Origin: a virus | Taxonomy: Duplodnaviria > Heunggongvirae > Uroviricota > Caudoviricetes | Length of the DNA stretch: 24,544 nt | IMG/VR virus record: IMGVR_UViG_2660238269_000012 | Reading direction: 5' to 3' (one strand) | In this document: one piece after another, positions 1-8,943 of the stretch | Layout: each line of letters starts with the position of its first letter | Position numbering within the stretch: the first letter of the stretch is position 1 | Notes under the pieces: generated by a model | What the model was told of the DNA's origin: nothing | Databases searched by the model: none | The model's input: only the letters and a program-made list of their open reading frames with translations | Translations under genes and position numbers: made by a program

Positions 1-57
1 TACCAATAACGGCGAGTAAGTAGTACGCATCTTACCTCTTTTTTAGAGATAACCATT

Positions 58-168
58 ATGACAATAGAAAAACACGAAAGAAGCACTAAGGATTTGGTGA
101 AAGCAGCAGTATCGGGATGGCTGGGCACTGCGCTTGAATTTATGGATTTCAAGAGTCATGCGTGTTAA
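58..168 (+). pseudogene. ydfJ: 5' fragment of MFS transporter ydfJ, interrupted by prophage insertion
   Basis: ATG at 58 translates MTIEKHERSTKDLVKAAVSGWLGTALEFMDF, then KSHAC and stop. The ...EFMDF end is continuous with MDFQLYSLGAALVFHEIFFP at 23261, together giving a ProP-like MFS N-terminus. Confidence 0.8.
136..150. repeat. attL core, direct repeat with attR
   Basis: gaatttatggatttc here versus gaattatggatttc at 23256..23269. An 11-bp identical stretch ttatggatttc sits exactly where the ydfJ reading frame is split, next to the integrase gene. Confidence 0.7.
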
Positions 169-187
169 CTATTTGATAAATATTAAA

Positions 188-1483
188 TTAATTTTTCATT
201 GCTTCGTTATGGGGCATGGTTGGGGCAAACTCGCTTAACTGTGTATTTAACAAAGCTACCTGTGCATTATTGTTTTCAGACATCCATTTTCCGTATACCT
301 GAAATACCATTTGCGCATCTGCATGGCCCATCTGGTTTGCTATAAATGCCGGGTTAGCACCAGCTGTCAGCGACCAGCAGGCATAAGTATGTCTCGACTG
401 ATATGATTTTCGATGGCGGAGTCCGGCACGTTTTATCGCTGCGTCCCACATCTGCCTTATTGAGTCAACGGTAAAATGGTCACCATAATTTTTTACTCTC
501 GCTGACACTTCAGGTTGAAAAACAAAGGTGCATTTTTGTTTTTCTGTTCTGCCATACTCTCTGAGGTGAACATCAATGATATGCTCTTTGCTCAGTCTCG
601 TTAATGTCATCTGACTCCGGAGAGCGTCGATTGCTGGCTTAATAAGATGAATGACCCGATTGGTTCCCGCCTGTGTTTTTGGTACCGTGAAACGGTCTTT
701 TGCTAAATTTCTCCTGATCATCATTGTTCCATTTTTCAGATCTATGTCCTCCCATCCAAGTGCACACAGCTCACCAGGGCGAACTCCAGTATAAACAGAA
801 ACACACCATAAATTTTTTGCTTGCTGATTTCTGCACGCATCGATAAGACGGATAAATTCTTCCCGCGAAAGAGGATCCGGAATGGTTCTTGATTCCTTTA
901 ATGGCGAGATCCCCTTAAACGGATTATCTGCCAGGTAACCGTTATCAACACCAAACTGGAACACGGCGTTAAGATTTGTCATGTAATTATTTACAGTTAC
1001 AGCCGATCTCCCTGGTTGTGTAACAATATAGTTACTTTTGGGGATCTGGTATCCAGTCAGTAACTCTTTACGAACCTCCAGTAATTTTTCTTTATTAATC
1101 GATGAGGCAAGATTTTTTTCACCGATTATGCTCAGGATATTTTTGATGACGGCACGGTATGTGTTGAGTGATGTTTTGGCGACTTCAGTTTCTTTCAGTG
1201 CCAGAAATTTTTCAGCCAGTTCTTTTATGGTTAAATCTTGTCGGGCCTCACCAAATTTTTCCAGATTGCGTGAGGAGGGAAACTGTTTTGCATAGTCGAA
1301 AACACCAGTTTTTATTGCGTAACAAACAGAGGAGCGTAGTTCACCTGCAACGCGCCTGTTTTTTGCTGTGTCAGGAACCCCCAGATTTTCCCTGACTCTT
1401 ACGTCTTTATAAACAAACCAGATACGTAATTTCCCTCCATGGTTTTCCACGCCTGTCGGATATTTCATTTCAACTTCTCTCAT
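188..1483 (-). CDS. int: tyrosine-type phage integrase
   Basis: 431-aa ORF with a C-terminal catalytic region (RHTYACW, VFQVYGKW) and an arm-binding-type N-terminal domain. The Met at 1468 has a better SD (GAGAAG) and is the likelier start. Lies next to attL. Confidence 0.9.
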   Translation of the reverse strand: MREVEMKYPTGVENHGGKLRIWFVYKDVRVRENLGVPDTAKNRRVAGELRSSVCYAIKTGVFDYAKQFPSSRNLEKFGEARQDLTIKELAEKFLALKETEVAKTSLNTYRAVIKNILSIIGEKNLASSINKEKLLEVRKELLTGYQIPKSNYIVTQPGRSAVTVNNYMTNLNAVFQFGVDNGYLADNPFKGISPLKESRTIPDPLSREEFIRLIDACRNQQAKNLWCVSVYTGVRPGELCALGWEDIDLKNGTMMIRRNLAKDRFTVPKTQAGTNRVIHLIKPAIDALRSQMTLTRLSKEHIIDVHLREYGRTEKQKCTFVFQPEVSARVKNYGDHFTVDSIRQMWDAAIKRAGLRHRKSYQSRHTYACWSLTAGANPAFIANQMGHADAQMVFQVYGKWMSENNNAQVALLNTQLSEFAPTMPHNEAMKN

Positions 1484-1502
1484 TAGTTAGTGTGGCTTTT
1501 AG

Positions 1503-1754
1503 TCAAGTAAGATGACGTCTTGGTCTCGCTGATGCCTGGCGCTCAATCCAGCGATCAATTTCTTCCAGGTTGTAAAAGCATGGACTGTTATCCCATGGCA
1601 TACCGTCATGAGCGACATGCTTATATTCCCTTCCTTCCATAAACGATTTTTCCCGGGCCTTTTTTAACGTACCTTTTTTTATTCCTTTCAGCGCAATTAA
1701 CTGCTCTTCGGATACCCATTTGCCGGGAGAGACAATCATGATTACTTCGCTCAT
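1503..1754 (-). CDS. xis: excisionase-like small DNA-binding protein
   Basis: 83-aa ORF immediately upstream of int on the same strand, the lambda int-xis arrangement; small basic protein. Confidence 0.6.
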   Translation of the reverse strand: MSEVIMIVSPGKWVSEEQLIALKGIKKGTLKKAREKSFMEGREYKHVAHDGMPWDNSPCFYNLEEIDRWIERQASARPRRHLT

Positions 1755-1826
1755 CGATTTCTTTATCTCTTACATCAGACGAGCGCCGGTTGCAGAATAC
1801 CAGTCACAACCGGCGACAGTTGAACA

Positions 1827-3860
1827 TTAAGAATCAGCCTGACTCGGGATCAGTTTTTGCCAGATAACTGAAACGTATTTTGCCTGGTAACGGGCGTCAT
1901 CAAGTGCATTATGGCGCTCACCTTCGAATGGAATAGCCGTTCTGGCATCGAAGTCTATGGCTTTCCCCAGCTCAACGATTGTGCGTACATCGCGATCGTT
2001 GTAGTAACGCCACGGGCAGGGGATCCCCTGCCGTTCGTATGAACGGCGCAAAATCGTGTTGTCGAAGTTGGCTCCATTTCCCCAAACCTGAACAAAAAAT
2101 TCACCGGAGTTTTCGTCGATAAATTCTCGCAATTGTAACAGTGCATCATCTAACGGGATTTCATCGGTCATAATGGCAGATTGCGCTTCGCGTGATTGCT
2201 TAAGCCACCATTTAATGGTGTCCCGATCAATGACTCCGCCAGCAGTTTCCAGATCGATAGTCTTACTAAATTCCGGTCCCATATCTCCGGTTTGCGGATC
2301 GAAAAATATTGCACCTATTGAGATGATCGGGGCATCAGGATTTTTTCCCATGGTTTCAAGGTCGATCATTAGATGGTCACACGTCCTGCTGGTGGATGTG
2401 ATTTCGTGATGACCGTTCACCTTAATTGGGTGATCTGCCGTCTCGCCAGTTTCATTATCGCTATTGTGATGCTGATTGCCGCCAGTGTTCTCCTTGTGTG
2501 GATGTTCAGCGCCTTCCATTTCCTCCGGATCATCTTCCTGAACTTCAACCTGATACTCTTCATCGAATGTTTCTTGGTATGTTGCGTCGCCCATCACCGC
2601 GCCACAATCAGGGCAGTTGCCGCCGCCGGTCTGACCGCAGGCGGTGCAGACTTTTTCCACTTCCTGTTGCGCTACTGGTTCAGGCTGTTTCGTTTCTGGC
2701 TCGTTTTGTAACGCATTTGGACTGTTTTGTTCCGCTTTTTGGTAGTTCCGTTCCGATTCATGCTGGTTCTGGTTCACAGAATCGCGGGTCTGGAGCCCCT
2801 TAACCCATTTCGGATCATTCGGGTCACTAATCCCTTCAACAAATTCACCACGTGATGCAGCAAGCAACTTATCGGCGTCAGGCTGGCTGATATTGGCTGC
2901 CTGCATAATTTTGTTTACTTCGTCAGCGGTAACTTTTATCGGCTCTGGTTGTTCTGAATCTTCAGCGGTATCTACATTTTGCGGTAAGCCCGTGTATGTG
3001 CCATTTTTTCGGGCAAAATATTCTTCTTTTGTGATTTCAGTGGCGCCAGCAGCCAGTGCCTTATCCAGACCAGAGAGTTTGTTTGCGCGACCGTATTTTT
3101 CTCCGTCCTTATCTGCGAAGAGGAAATAGAACGGCCCCTCACGCTCTACAGATGGTTCAGCTTCCGGCGCGGTTTCATTTTTTGGGATATCAGATACCTC
3201 AGTTTCCACTGCATCAGTTTGTGTTTCTGATGACTGGAGAACATCAACAGTGCCCAGGTCTGTTTCTTCATTCTCAAACACGCCCTTTGTCGTCAGGTAT
3301 TCGCAGATATATTTGTTCAGTGCTACGGGATCTTTGTGAATGTCGATCGGACGCTCACGGACAAGGCCAAAAATAGTTTGGCGGTCGTAGCGAAGGGCAT
3401 CAGGCTGTTTGCGCATTGATGCCGAGATACGCTTCCAGTCTTCGCGGTCGTTGTCGATAACTTCTTTTTTTGCCCAGCGATGGATGCTGCCGTCAATGTT
3501 TCCGGCATCCACATCACTAGGCCAGAGAGCGTAGGCCAGTTCGTCATCCAGTGTTTTCCATGTCTGCTTGTATTCGCGATGAATGGCAGCAATGACCGGG
3601 CTGATTTTTCCTGTTGAATTTTCAGTGTACTGTTGATTGGCTCTGGCGCGGGCGAGATCAACAACAGACGTGTATTTTCCGGTTTCCTTGCGTTCACCTT
3701 CGCGACGTTTTTTCCAGATGCGCATCTCTGCCTGAATTTCGGGCCATTTAGCACCAGGAATACATTTATGCTTAACCCACCCAATGGCATGCAACTTAAG
3801 CTCCGGATACGGGTTATTCCCCTCTGAACAGGCGCGTAAGGACTGGCAAAACGCCCGCAA
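1827..3860 (-). CDS. large phage protein with C-terminal DEDDh (DnaQ-like) 3'-5' exonuclease domain, acidic low-complexity middle and a C4 zinc-ribbon motif
   Basis: C-terminal motifs MIDLETMG (Exo I), WGNGANFDNTIL (Exo II), ERHNALDDARYQ (Exo III, H-x4-D); CTACGQTGGGNCPDCG zinc ribbon; D/E/Q-rich region. The codon at 3860 is TTG; the first ATG is at 3725, so the start is uncertain. Confidence 0.75.
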   Translation of the reverse strand: MRAFCQSLRACSEGNNPYPELKLHAIGWVKHKCIPGAKWPEIQAEMRIWKKRREGERKETGKYTSVVDLARARANQQYTENSTGKISPVIAAIHREYKQTWKTLDDELAYALWPSDVDAGNIDGSIHRWAKKEVIDNDREDWKRISASMRKQPDALRYDRQTIFGLVRERPIDIHKDPVALNKYICEYLTTKGVFENEETDLGTVDVLQSSETQTDAVETEVSDIPKNETAPEAEPSVEREGPFYFLFADKDGEKYGRANKLSGLDKALAAGATEITKEEYFARKNGTYTGLPQNVDTAEDSEQPEPIKVTADEVNKIMQAANISQPDADKLLAASRGEFVEGISDPNDPKWVKGLQTRDSVNQNQHESERNYQKAEQNSPNALQNEPETKQPEPVAQQEVEKVCTACGQTGGGNCPDCGAVMGDATYQETFDEEYQVEVQEDDPEEMEGAEHPHKENTGGNQHHNSDNETGETADHPIKVNGHHEITSTSRTCDHLMIDLETMGKNPDAPIISIGAIFFDPQTGDMGPEFSKTIDLETAGGVIDRDTIKWWLKQSREAQSAIMTDEIPLDDALLQLREFIDENSGEFFVQVWGNGANFDNTILRRSYERQGIPCPWRYYNDRDVRTIVELGKAIDFDARTAIPFEGERHNALDDARYQAKYVSVIWQKLIPSQADS

Positions 3861-3879
3861 AAAACTCTCGAGGGCAAAG

Positions 3880-4050
3880 GTGAAGAAACCTGCTGTGGTT
3901 GATCCGGACCTTATCTGGTCATCACCTGACGGAGAAATACGTCGCTACGACAGTCGCCTAAACATAATCTGTCGCGAGTGCCGGAAGAGCGAAGTTATGC
4001 AGCGCATACTGGCTTTCTATCAGGGTAATTTTCAGGACGTGGCGCAGTGA
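3880..4050 (+). CDS. hypothetical small protein
   Basis: Possible GTG start at 3880 preceded by GAGGG; runs to the TGA at 4048..4050, which overlaps the GTG of the downstream fragment. Weak support. Confidence 0.25.
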   Translation: MKKPAVVDPDLIWSSPDGEIRRYDSRLNIICRECRKSEVMQRILAFYQGNFQDVAQ

Positions 4051-4181
4051 GTGCACCGGCAACCATTCTTGATATGTGCTGTGGCAGCCGCATGTTCTGG
4101 TTCGATAAGTCTGACGAACGGGCGATATTCAGCGATATCAGAAAAGAAGGATACACATTACGCAATGGGAGACGCTTGATT
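4047..4181 (+). pseudogene. N-terminal fragment of a putative SAM-dependent methyltransferase, truncated by IS911
   Basis: Translates VSAPATILDMCCGSRMFWFDKSDERAIFSDIRKEGYTLRNGRRLI. ILDMCCGS resembles methyltransferase motif I. The frame stops at the TGA formed by the first three bases of the IS911 left inverted repeat. Confidence 0.3.
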
Positions 4182-4253
4182 TGAAGTGGTTTACTGAATT
4201 TGGCCACCTGAACAGAGGTGATATGCTCACCTCAGAACAACACAGGTGCCATA

Positions 4254-5401
<1,148 letters not shown>

Positions 5402-5431
5402 CTCGGTGGCCAGTTTTTGTTGACCACTTCA

Positions 5432-6449
5432 CTTCACAAAGACCGTTATCACAGGCGACGGTCCACTGGAACTGCGTACTCCGCGCGATCGTGACGGTAC
5501 CTTCGAACCACAACTGGTAAAGAAAAATCAGACCCGTATTACCGGGATGGATAACCAGATCCTCTCGTTGTATGCCAAAGGGATGACCACCCGTGAGATA
5601 GCTGCTGCGTTCAAAGAACTGTATGACGCAGATGTTTCACCGGCACTGATATCAAAGGTTACCGATGCCGTGATGGAGCAGGTTGTAGAATGGCAAAACC
5701 GACCACTGGATGCTGTTTACCCCATTGTTTATCTTGACTGTATCGTCCTGAAAGTTCGGCAGGACAGTCGCGTCATCAACAAATCGGTGTTCCTGGCACT
5801 GGGCATCAATATCGAAGGTCAGAAAGAACTGCTGGGTATGTGGCTGGCCGAAAATGAAGGGGCGAAGTTCTGGCTCAATGTGCTGACTGAACTGAAAAAC
5901 CGCGGTCTGAACGATATCCTCATCGCCTGTGTGGATGGCCTGAAAGGCTTCCCGGATGCCATCAACACAGTATATCCGAAGGCCCGCATCCAGTTATGCA
6001 TCGTGCATATGGTGCGCAACAGCCTGCGCTTCGTGTCATGGAAGGACTACAAAGCCGTCACTCGCGACCTGAAAGCGATTTATCAGGCTCCCACGGAAGA
6101 GGCAGGCCAGCAGGCACTGGAAGCGTTCGCTGCGGCCTGGGACTGTCGCTATCCTCAGATAAGCCGAAGCTGGCAGGCTAACTGGCCGAATCTTGCCACG
6201 TTCTTCGCTTATCCAACGGACATCCGCAAAGTGATCTATACGACGAATGCCATCGAGTCGCTAAACAGCGTGATCCGCCATGCGATCAAAAAGCGTAAAG
6301 TGTTCCCGACAGACGACTCGGTGAAAAAAGTGGTGTGGCTGGCAATCCAGGCGGCTTCACAGAAATGGACGATGCCACTGCGGGACTGGCGTATGGCAAT
6401 GAGCCGCTTTATTATCGAGTTCGGTGACCGCCTGGACGGCCACTTCTGA
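5432..6449 (+). pseudogene. IS256-family (Mutator-like) transposase, 5'-truncated at the IS911 right end
   Basis: Frame translates LELRTPRDRDGTFEPQLVKKNQTRITGMDNQILSLYAKGMTTREI... through DGLKGFPDAI and TTNAIESLNSVIR, typical of IS256-family transposases. The N-terminal roughly 100 aa are missing; the frame opens directly at the IS911 end. Confidence 0.8.
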
Positions 6450-6510
6450 GAAAAGGTATTTACACAGAATCCTGAACAGGCTCCGATGAGGGCCACAATA
6501 CGGCTGTCAC

Positions 6511-6843
6511 TTAGACGTAAATATCAATGGTGCCAGCGGTATTTGTATCGTCTTTTTTCTCTTCTTTTTTATCAGGCTGAACTGTCGCGTCTTCATTCTT
6601 TTTCTCTGCCTGCTGCCTTAACAACTGCTCCAGTTGAGCCCAGAGGCTTTCAATTTGCTTCTGTACCAATGCAGCCATTTCTTTTTTCTGCTGTGTCGTC
6701 ATCCCCTCTTCCGATGAGATTTTCCCAAGCTTTTCAGTCAGCACCTGAATTTGTCTTGTGATTTTGGCTATTTCTGATGTTCCTTCCGGGGCGGAGTTGT
6801 TTGAAATAACGGTTGAGGTATTTCCCTGAATTGTGACAGACAT
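6511..6843 (-). CDS. flxA: FlxA-like protein
   Basis: 110-aa ORF MSVTIQGNTSTVISNNSAPEGTSEIAKITRQIQVLTEKLGK..., matching Qin FlxA in length and sequence as I recall it; SD AGGAG upstream. Confidence 0.85.
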   Translation of the reverse strand: MSVTIQGNTSTVISNNSAPEGTSEIAKITRQIQVLTEKLGKISSEEGMTTQQKKEMAALVQKQIESLWAQLEQLLRQQAEKKNEDATVQPDKKEEKKDDTNTAGTIDIYV

Positions 6844-6866
6844 AGATTTCTCCTTTTAAAAAAGCA

Positions 6867-6893
6867 CTATCGGCATGCACAAAAAAATCTTTA
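6867..6893 (-). promoter_or_regulatory. sigma-28 (FliA) type promoter upstream of flxA
   Basis: Minus strand reads TAAAGATT, an 11-nt spacer, then GCCGATAG, against consensus TAAAGTTT-N11-GCCGATAA; about 20 nt upstream of the flxA SD and ATG. Confidence 0.7.
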
Positions 6894-7045
6894 ATCGTAT
6901 TTCTTGTGTCATTAATTGTTTGATGTTCAGATTGTTTTCCTCGCGGGCTGGCGCGCCTCAGAAAGTAAAGCTTGTTGACAGGGGTAAACGTTCGGCAATA
7001 ATTTTCTGCCGCATGCGGGTGTTGCATAAAACGTGTTACGTTCCT

Positions 7046-7351
7046 TTATCGACAGGTCAGGTCACCGCTCACCCGCCGACGAGAAAGCAACACTGACATG
7101 CTAAAGCAAAAAATAGATGAATAAGTTGAGTTGTGCATATGTAGCCTGACCGTCACAAAGTATATGGTGTCTGTACCAGTAAGATGATGGCCGGACTCTT
7201 TAAAAACGAGCTGACCTGCACAATACAGGATGGACTTAGCAATGGCTGCTCCTGGCACAAAGCGGACAGTGATCACCGTTCTTACGACTACTTTCTGACT
7301 TCCTTCGTGACTTGCCCTAAGCATGTTGTAGTGCGATACTTGTAATGACAT
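7046..7351 (-). CDS. ydfV: hypothetical protein YdfV-like
   Basis: 101-aa ORF between flxA and relB, the position and length of Qin ydfV; sequence identity not independently verified. Confidence 0.5.
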   Translation of the reverse strand: MSLQVSHYNMLRASHEGSQKVVVRTVITVRFVPGAAIAKSILYCAGQLVFKESGHHLTGTDTIYFVTVRLHMHNSTYSSIFCFSMSVLLSRRRVSGDLTCR

Positions 7352-7375
7352 TTGTAATTACAAGAGGTGTAAGAC
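7320..7375 (+). promoter_or_regulatory. relBE promoter/operator (relO) with TTGTAAT repeats
   Basis: cttgtaatgacatttgtaattacaag directly upstream of the relB ATG: repeated TTGTAAT hexads in inverted arrangement, typical of the RelB-RelE autoregulated operator. Confidence 0.6.
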
Positions 7376-7615
7376 ATGGGTAGCATTAACCTGCGTATTG
7401 ACGATGAACTTAAAGCGCGTTCTTACGCCGCGCTTGAAAAAATGGGTGTAACTCCTTCTGAAGCGCTTCGTCTCATGCTCGAGTATATCGCTGACAATGA
7501 ACGCTTGCCGTTCAAACAGACACTCCTGAGTGATGAAGATGCTGAACTTGTGGAGATAGTGAAAGAACGGCTTCGTAATCCTAAGCCAGTACGTGTGACG
7601 CTGGATGAACTCTGA
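7376..7615 (+). CDS. relB: RelB antitoxin (type II TA)
   Basis: 79-aa protein MGSINLRIDDELKARSYAALEKMGVTPSEALRLMLEYIADNERLPF... recognised as RelB; stop overlaps the relE start (ATGA). Confidence 0.95.
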   Translation: MGSINLRIDDELKARSYAALEKMGVTPSEALRLMLEYIADNERLPFKQTLLSDEDAELVEIVKERLRNPKPVRVTLDEL

Positions 7616-7902
7616 TGGCGTATTTTCTGGATTTTGACGAGCGGGCACTAAAGGAATGGCGAAAGCTGGGCTCGACGGTACGTGAACAGTTGAAAAAGAA
7701 GCTGGTTGAAGTACTTGAGTCACCCCGGATTGAAGCAAACAAGCTCCGTGGTATGCCTGATTGTTACAAGATTAAGCTCCGGTCTTCAGGCTATCGCCTT
7801 GTATACCAGGTTATAGACGAGAAAGTTGTCGTTTTCGTGATTTCTGTTGGGAAAAGAGAACGCTCGGAAGTATATAGCGAGGCGGTCAAACGCATTCTCT
7901 GA
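7615..7902 (+). CDS. relE: RelE mRNA interferase toxin (type II TA)
   Basis: 95-aa protein MAYFLDFDERALKEWRKLGSTVREQLKKKLVEVLESPRIEANKLRG... recognised as RelE. Confidence 0.95.
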   Translation: MAYFLDFDERALKEWRKLGSTVREQLKKKLVEVLESPRIEANKLRGMPDCYKIKLRSSGYRLVYQVIDEKVVVFVISVGKRERSEVYSEAVKRIL

Positions 7903-7973
7903 ACCAAAGCATGACATCTCTGTTTCGCACCGAAGGTGACACTTCTGCTTTGCGTTGACAGGAGAAGCAGGCT

Positions 7974-8129
7974 ATGAAGCAGCAAAAGGCGATGTTAATC
8001 GCCCTGATCGTCATCTGTTTAACCGTCATAGTGACGGCACTGGTAACGAGGAAAGACCTCTGCGAGGTACGAATCCGAACCGGCCAGACGGAGGTCGCTG
8101 TCTTCACAGCTTACGAACCTGAGGAGTAA
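7974..8129 (+). CDS. hokD: Hok-family small membrane toxin HokD (RelF)
   Basis: 51-aa ORF MKQQKAMLIALIVICLTVIVTALVTRKDLCEVRIRTGQTEVAVFTAYEPEE; too short for the supplied ORF track, found by direct translation. SD GGAGAAG upstream. Confidence 0.9.
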   Translation: MKQQKAMLIALIVICLTVIVTALVTRKDLCEVRIRTGQTEVAVFTAYEPEE

Positions 8130-8197
8130 GAGACCCGGCGGGGGAGAAATCCCTCGCCACCTCTGATGTGGCAGGCATCCTCAACGCACCCGCACTT

Positions 8198-8225
8198 AAC
8201 CCGCTTCGGCGGGTTTTTGTTTTTA
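8198..8225 (+). terminator. rho-independent terminator downstream of hokD
   Basis: aacccgc-ttcg-gcgggtt stem-loop (7-bp GC-rich stem, UUCG loop) followed by tttttgttttt. Confidence 0.7.
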
Positions 8226-8345
8226 TTTTCAACGCGTTTGAAGTTCTGGACGGTGCCGGAATAGAATCAAAAATACTTAAGTAGCGCGCAGGGATAAGAG
8301 GGATGGTCCCTTAAAGGGGAGAGCTAATTATCCGGAAGGATTCTG

Positions 8346-8597
8346 ATGATGAACATCGAAGAACTGCGTAAAATTTTTTGTGAAGATGGCCTCTATGCTG
8401 TGTGCGTTGAAAATGGAAATCTTGTTAGTCATTACCGCATTATGTGTTTGCGAAAGAATGGGGCTGCGTTAATTAATTTTGTGGATGCTCGGGTCACGGA
8501 CGGATTTATCTTGCGCGAAGGTGAGTTTGTCACTTCATTACAGGCATTGAAAGAGATCGGAATAAAAGCTGGCTTTTCTGCTTTTTCAGGAGAATAA
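8346..8597 (+). CDS. rem: Rem-like small protein
   Basis: 83-aa ORF MMNIEELRKIFCEDGLYAVCVENGNLVSHYRIMCL...; same position and length as Qin rem. Confidence 0.8.
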   Translation: MMNIEELRKIFCEDGLYAVCVENGNLVSHYRIMCLRKNGAALINFVDARVTDGFILREGEFVTSLQALKEIGIKAGFSAFSGE

Positions 8598-8663
8598 ACT
8601 CATCTACAATCTTGCGCGGGGCTGAACTCCCGCTGAGTAACACCGTGCCACCGGAGAAAACCG

Positions 8664-8942
8664 ATGGCACGCAACGCAAAATATTACAATTCTGATAATT
8701 CGCCCGTTCTTGCCTGCACGCACGGGCGGTATTCTCACGCATTCAAGTCTGAATGGTTCCAGCACCCTCCATGCACTGCAGAACAGGCCGAATGGCTGAT
8801 TCATTCTTACCGCAGGCGCGGGTTCGAGGTTAAGAAAGCTCTCAGTCTCGACTATCGGCACTGGATAATCTCTGTCAGGCTGCCTTATTCCGAACGCCCA
8901 CCACGTGCGTCCCGCACTTTCCAGCAACGGATCTGGAGGTAA
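8664..8942 (+). CDS. hypothetical protein
   Basis: 92-aa ORF with SD GGAG 7 nt upstream of the ATG; its stop TAA lies inside the SD/GTG start of the downstream ydfU (translational coupling layout). Confidence 0.45.
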   Translation: MARNAKYYNSDNSPVLACTHGRYSHAFKSEWFQHPPCTAEQAEWLIHSYRRRGFEVKKALSLDYRHWIISVRLPYSERPPRASRTFQQRIWR

Positions 8943-8943
8943 C

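Noticed and set aside
2373-3376. Several 78-125 aa ORFs on the plus strand (2373..2711, 2426..2803, 2893..3129, 3056..3376) and the minus-strand 3323..3877 ORF
   Set aside because: All lie inside or antisense to the 677-aa exonuclease-domain gene, which has a coherent domain structure; none has a convincing SD.
7358-7738. 126-aa ORF on the minus strand
   Set aside because: Antisense to the clearly recognised relB and relE genes.
8590-8640. Possible terminator hairpin gcggggctgaactcccgc after rem
   Set aside because: Short 5-bp stem with an 8-nt loop and no following U-tract.
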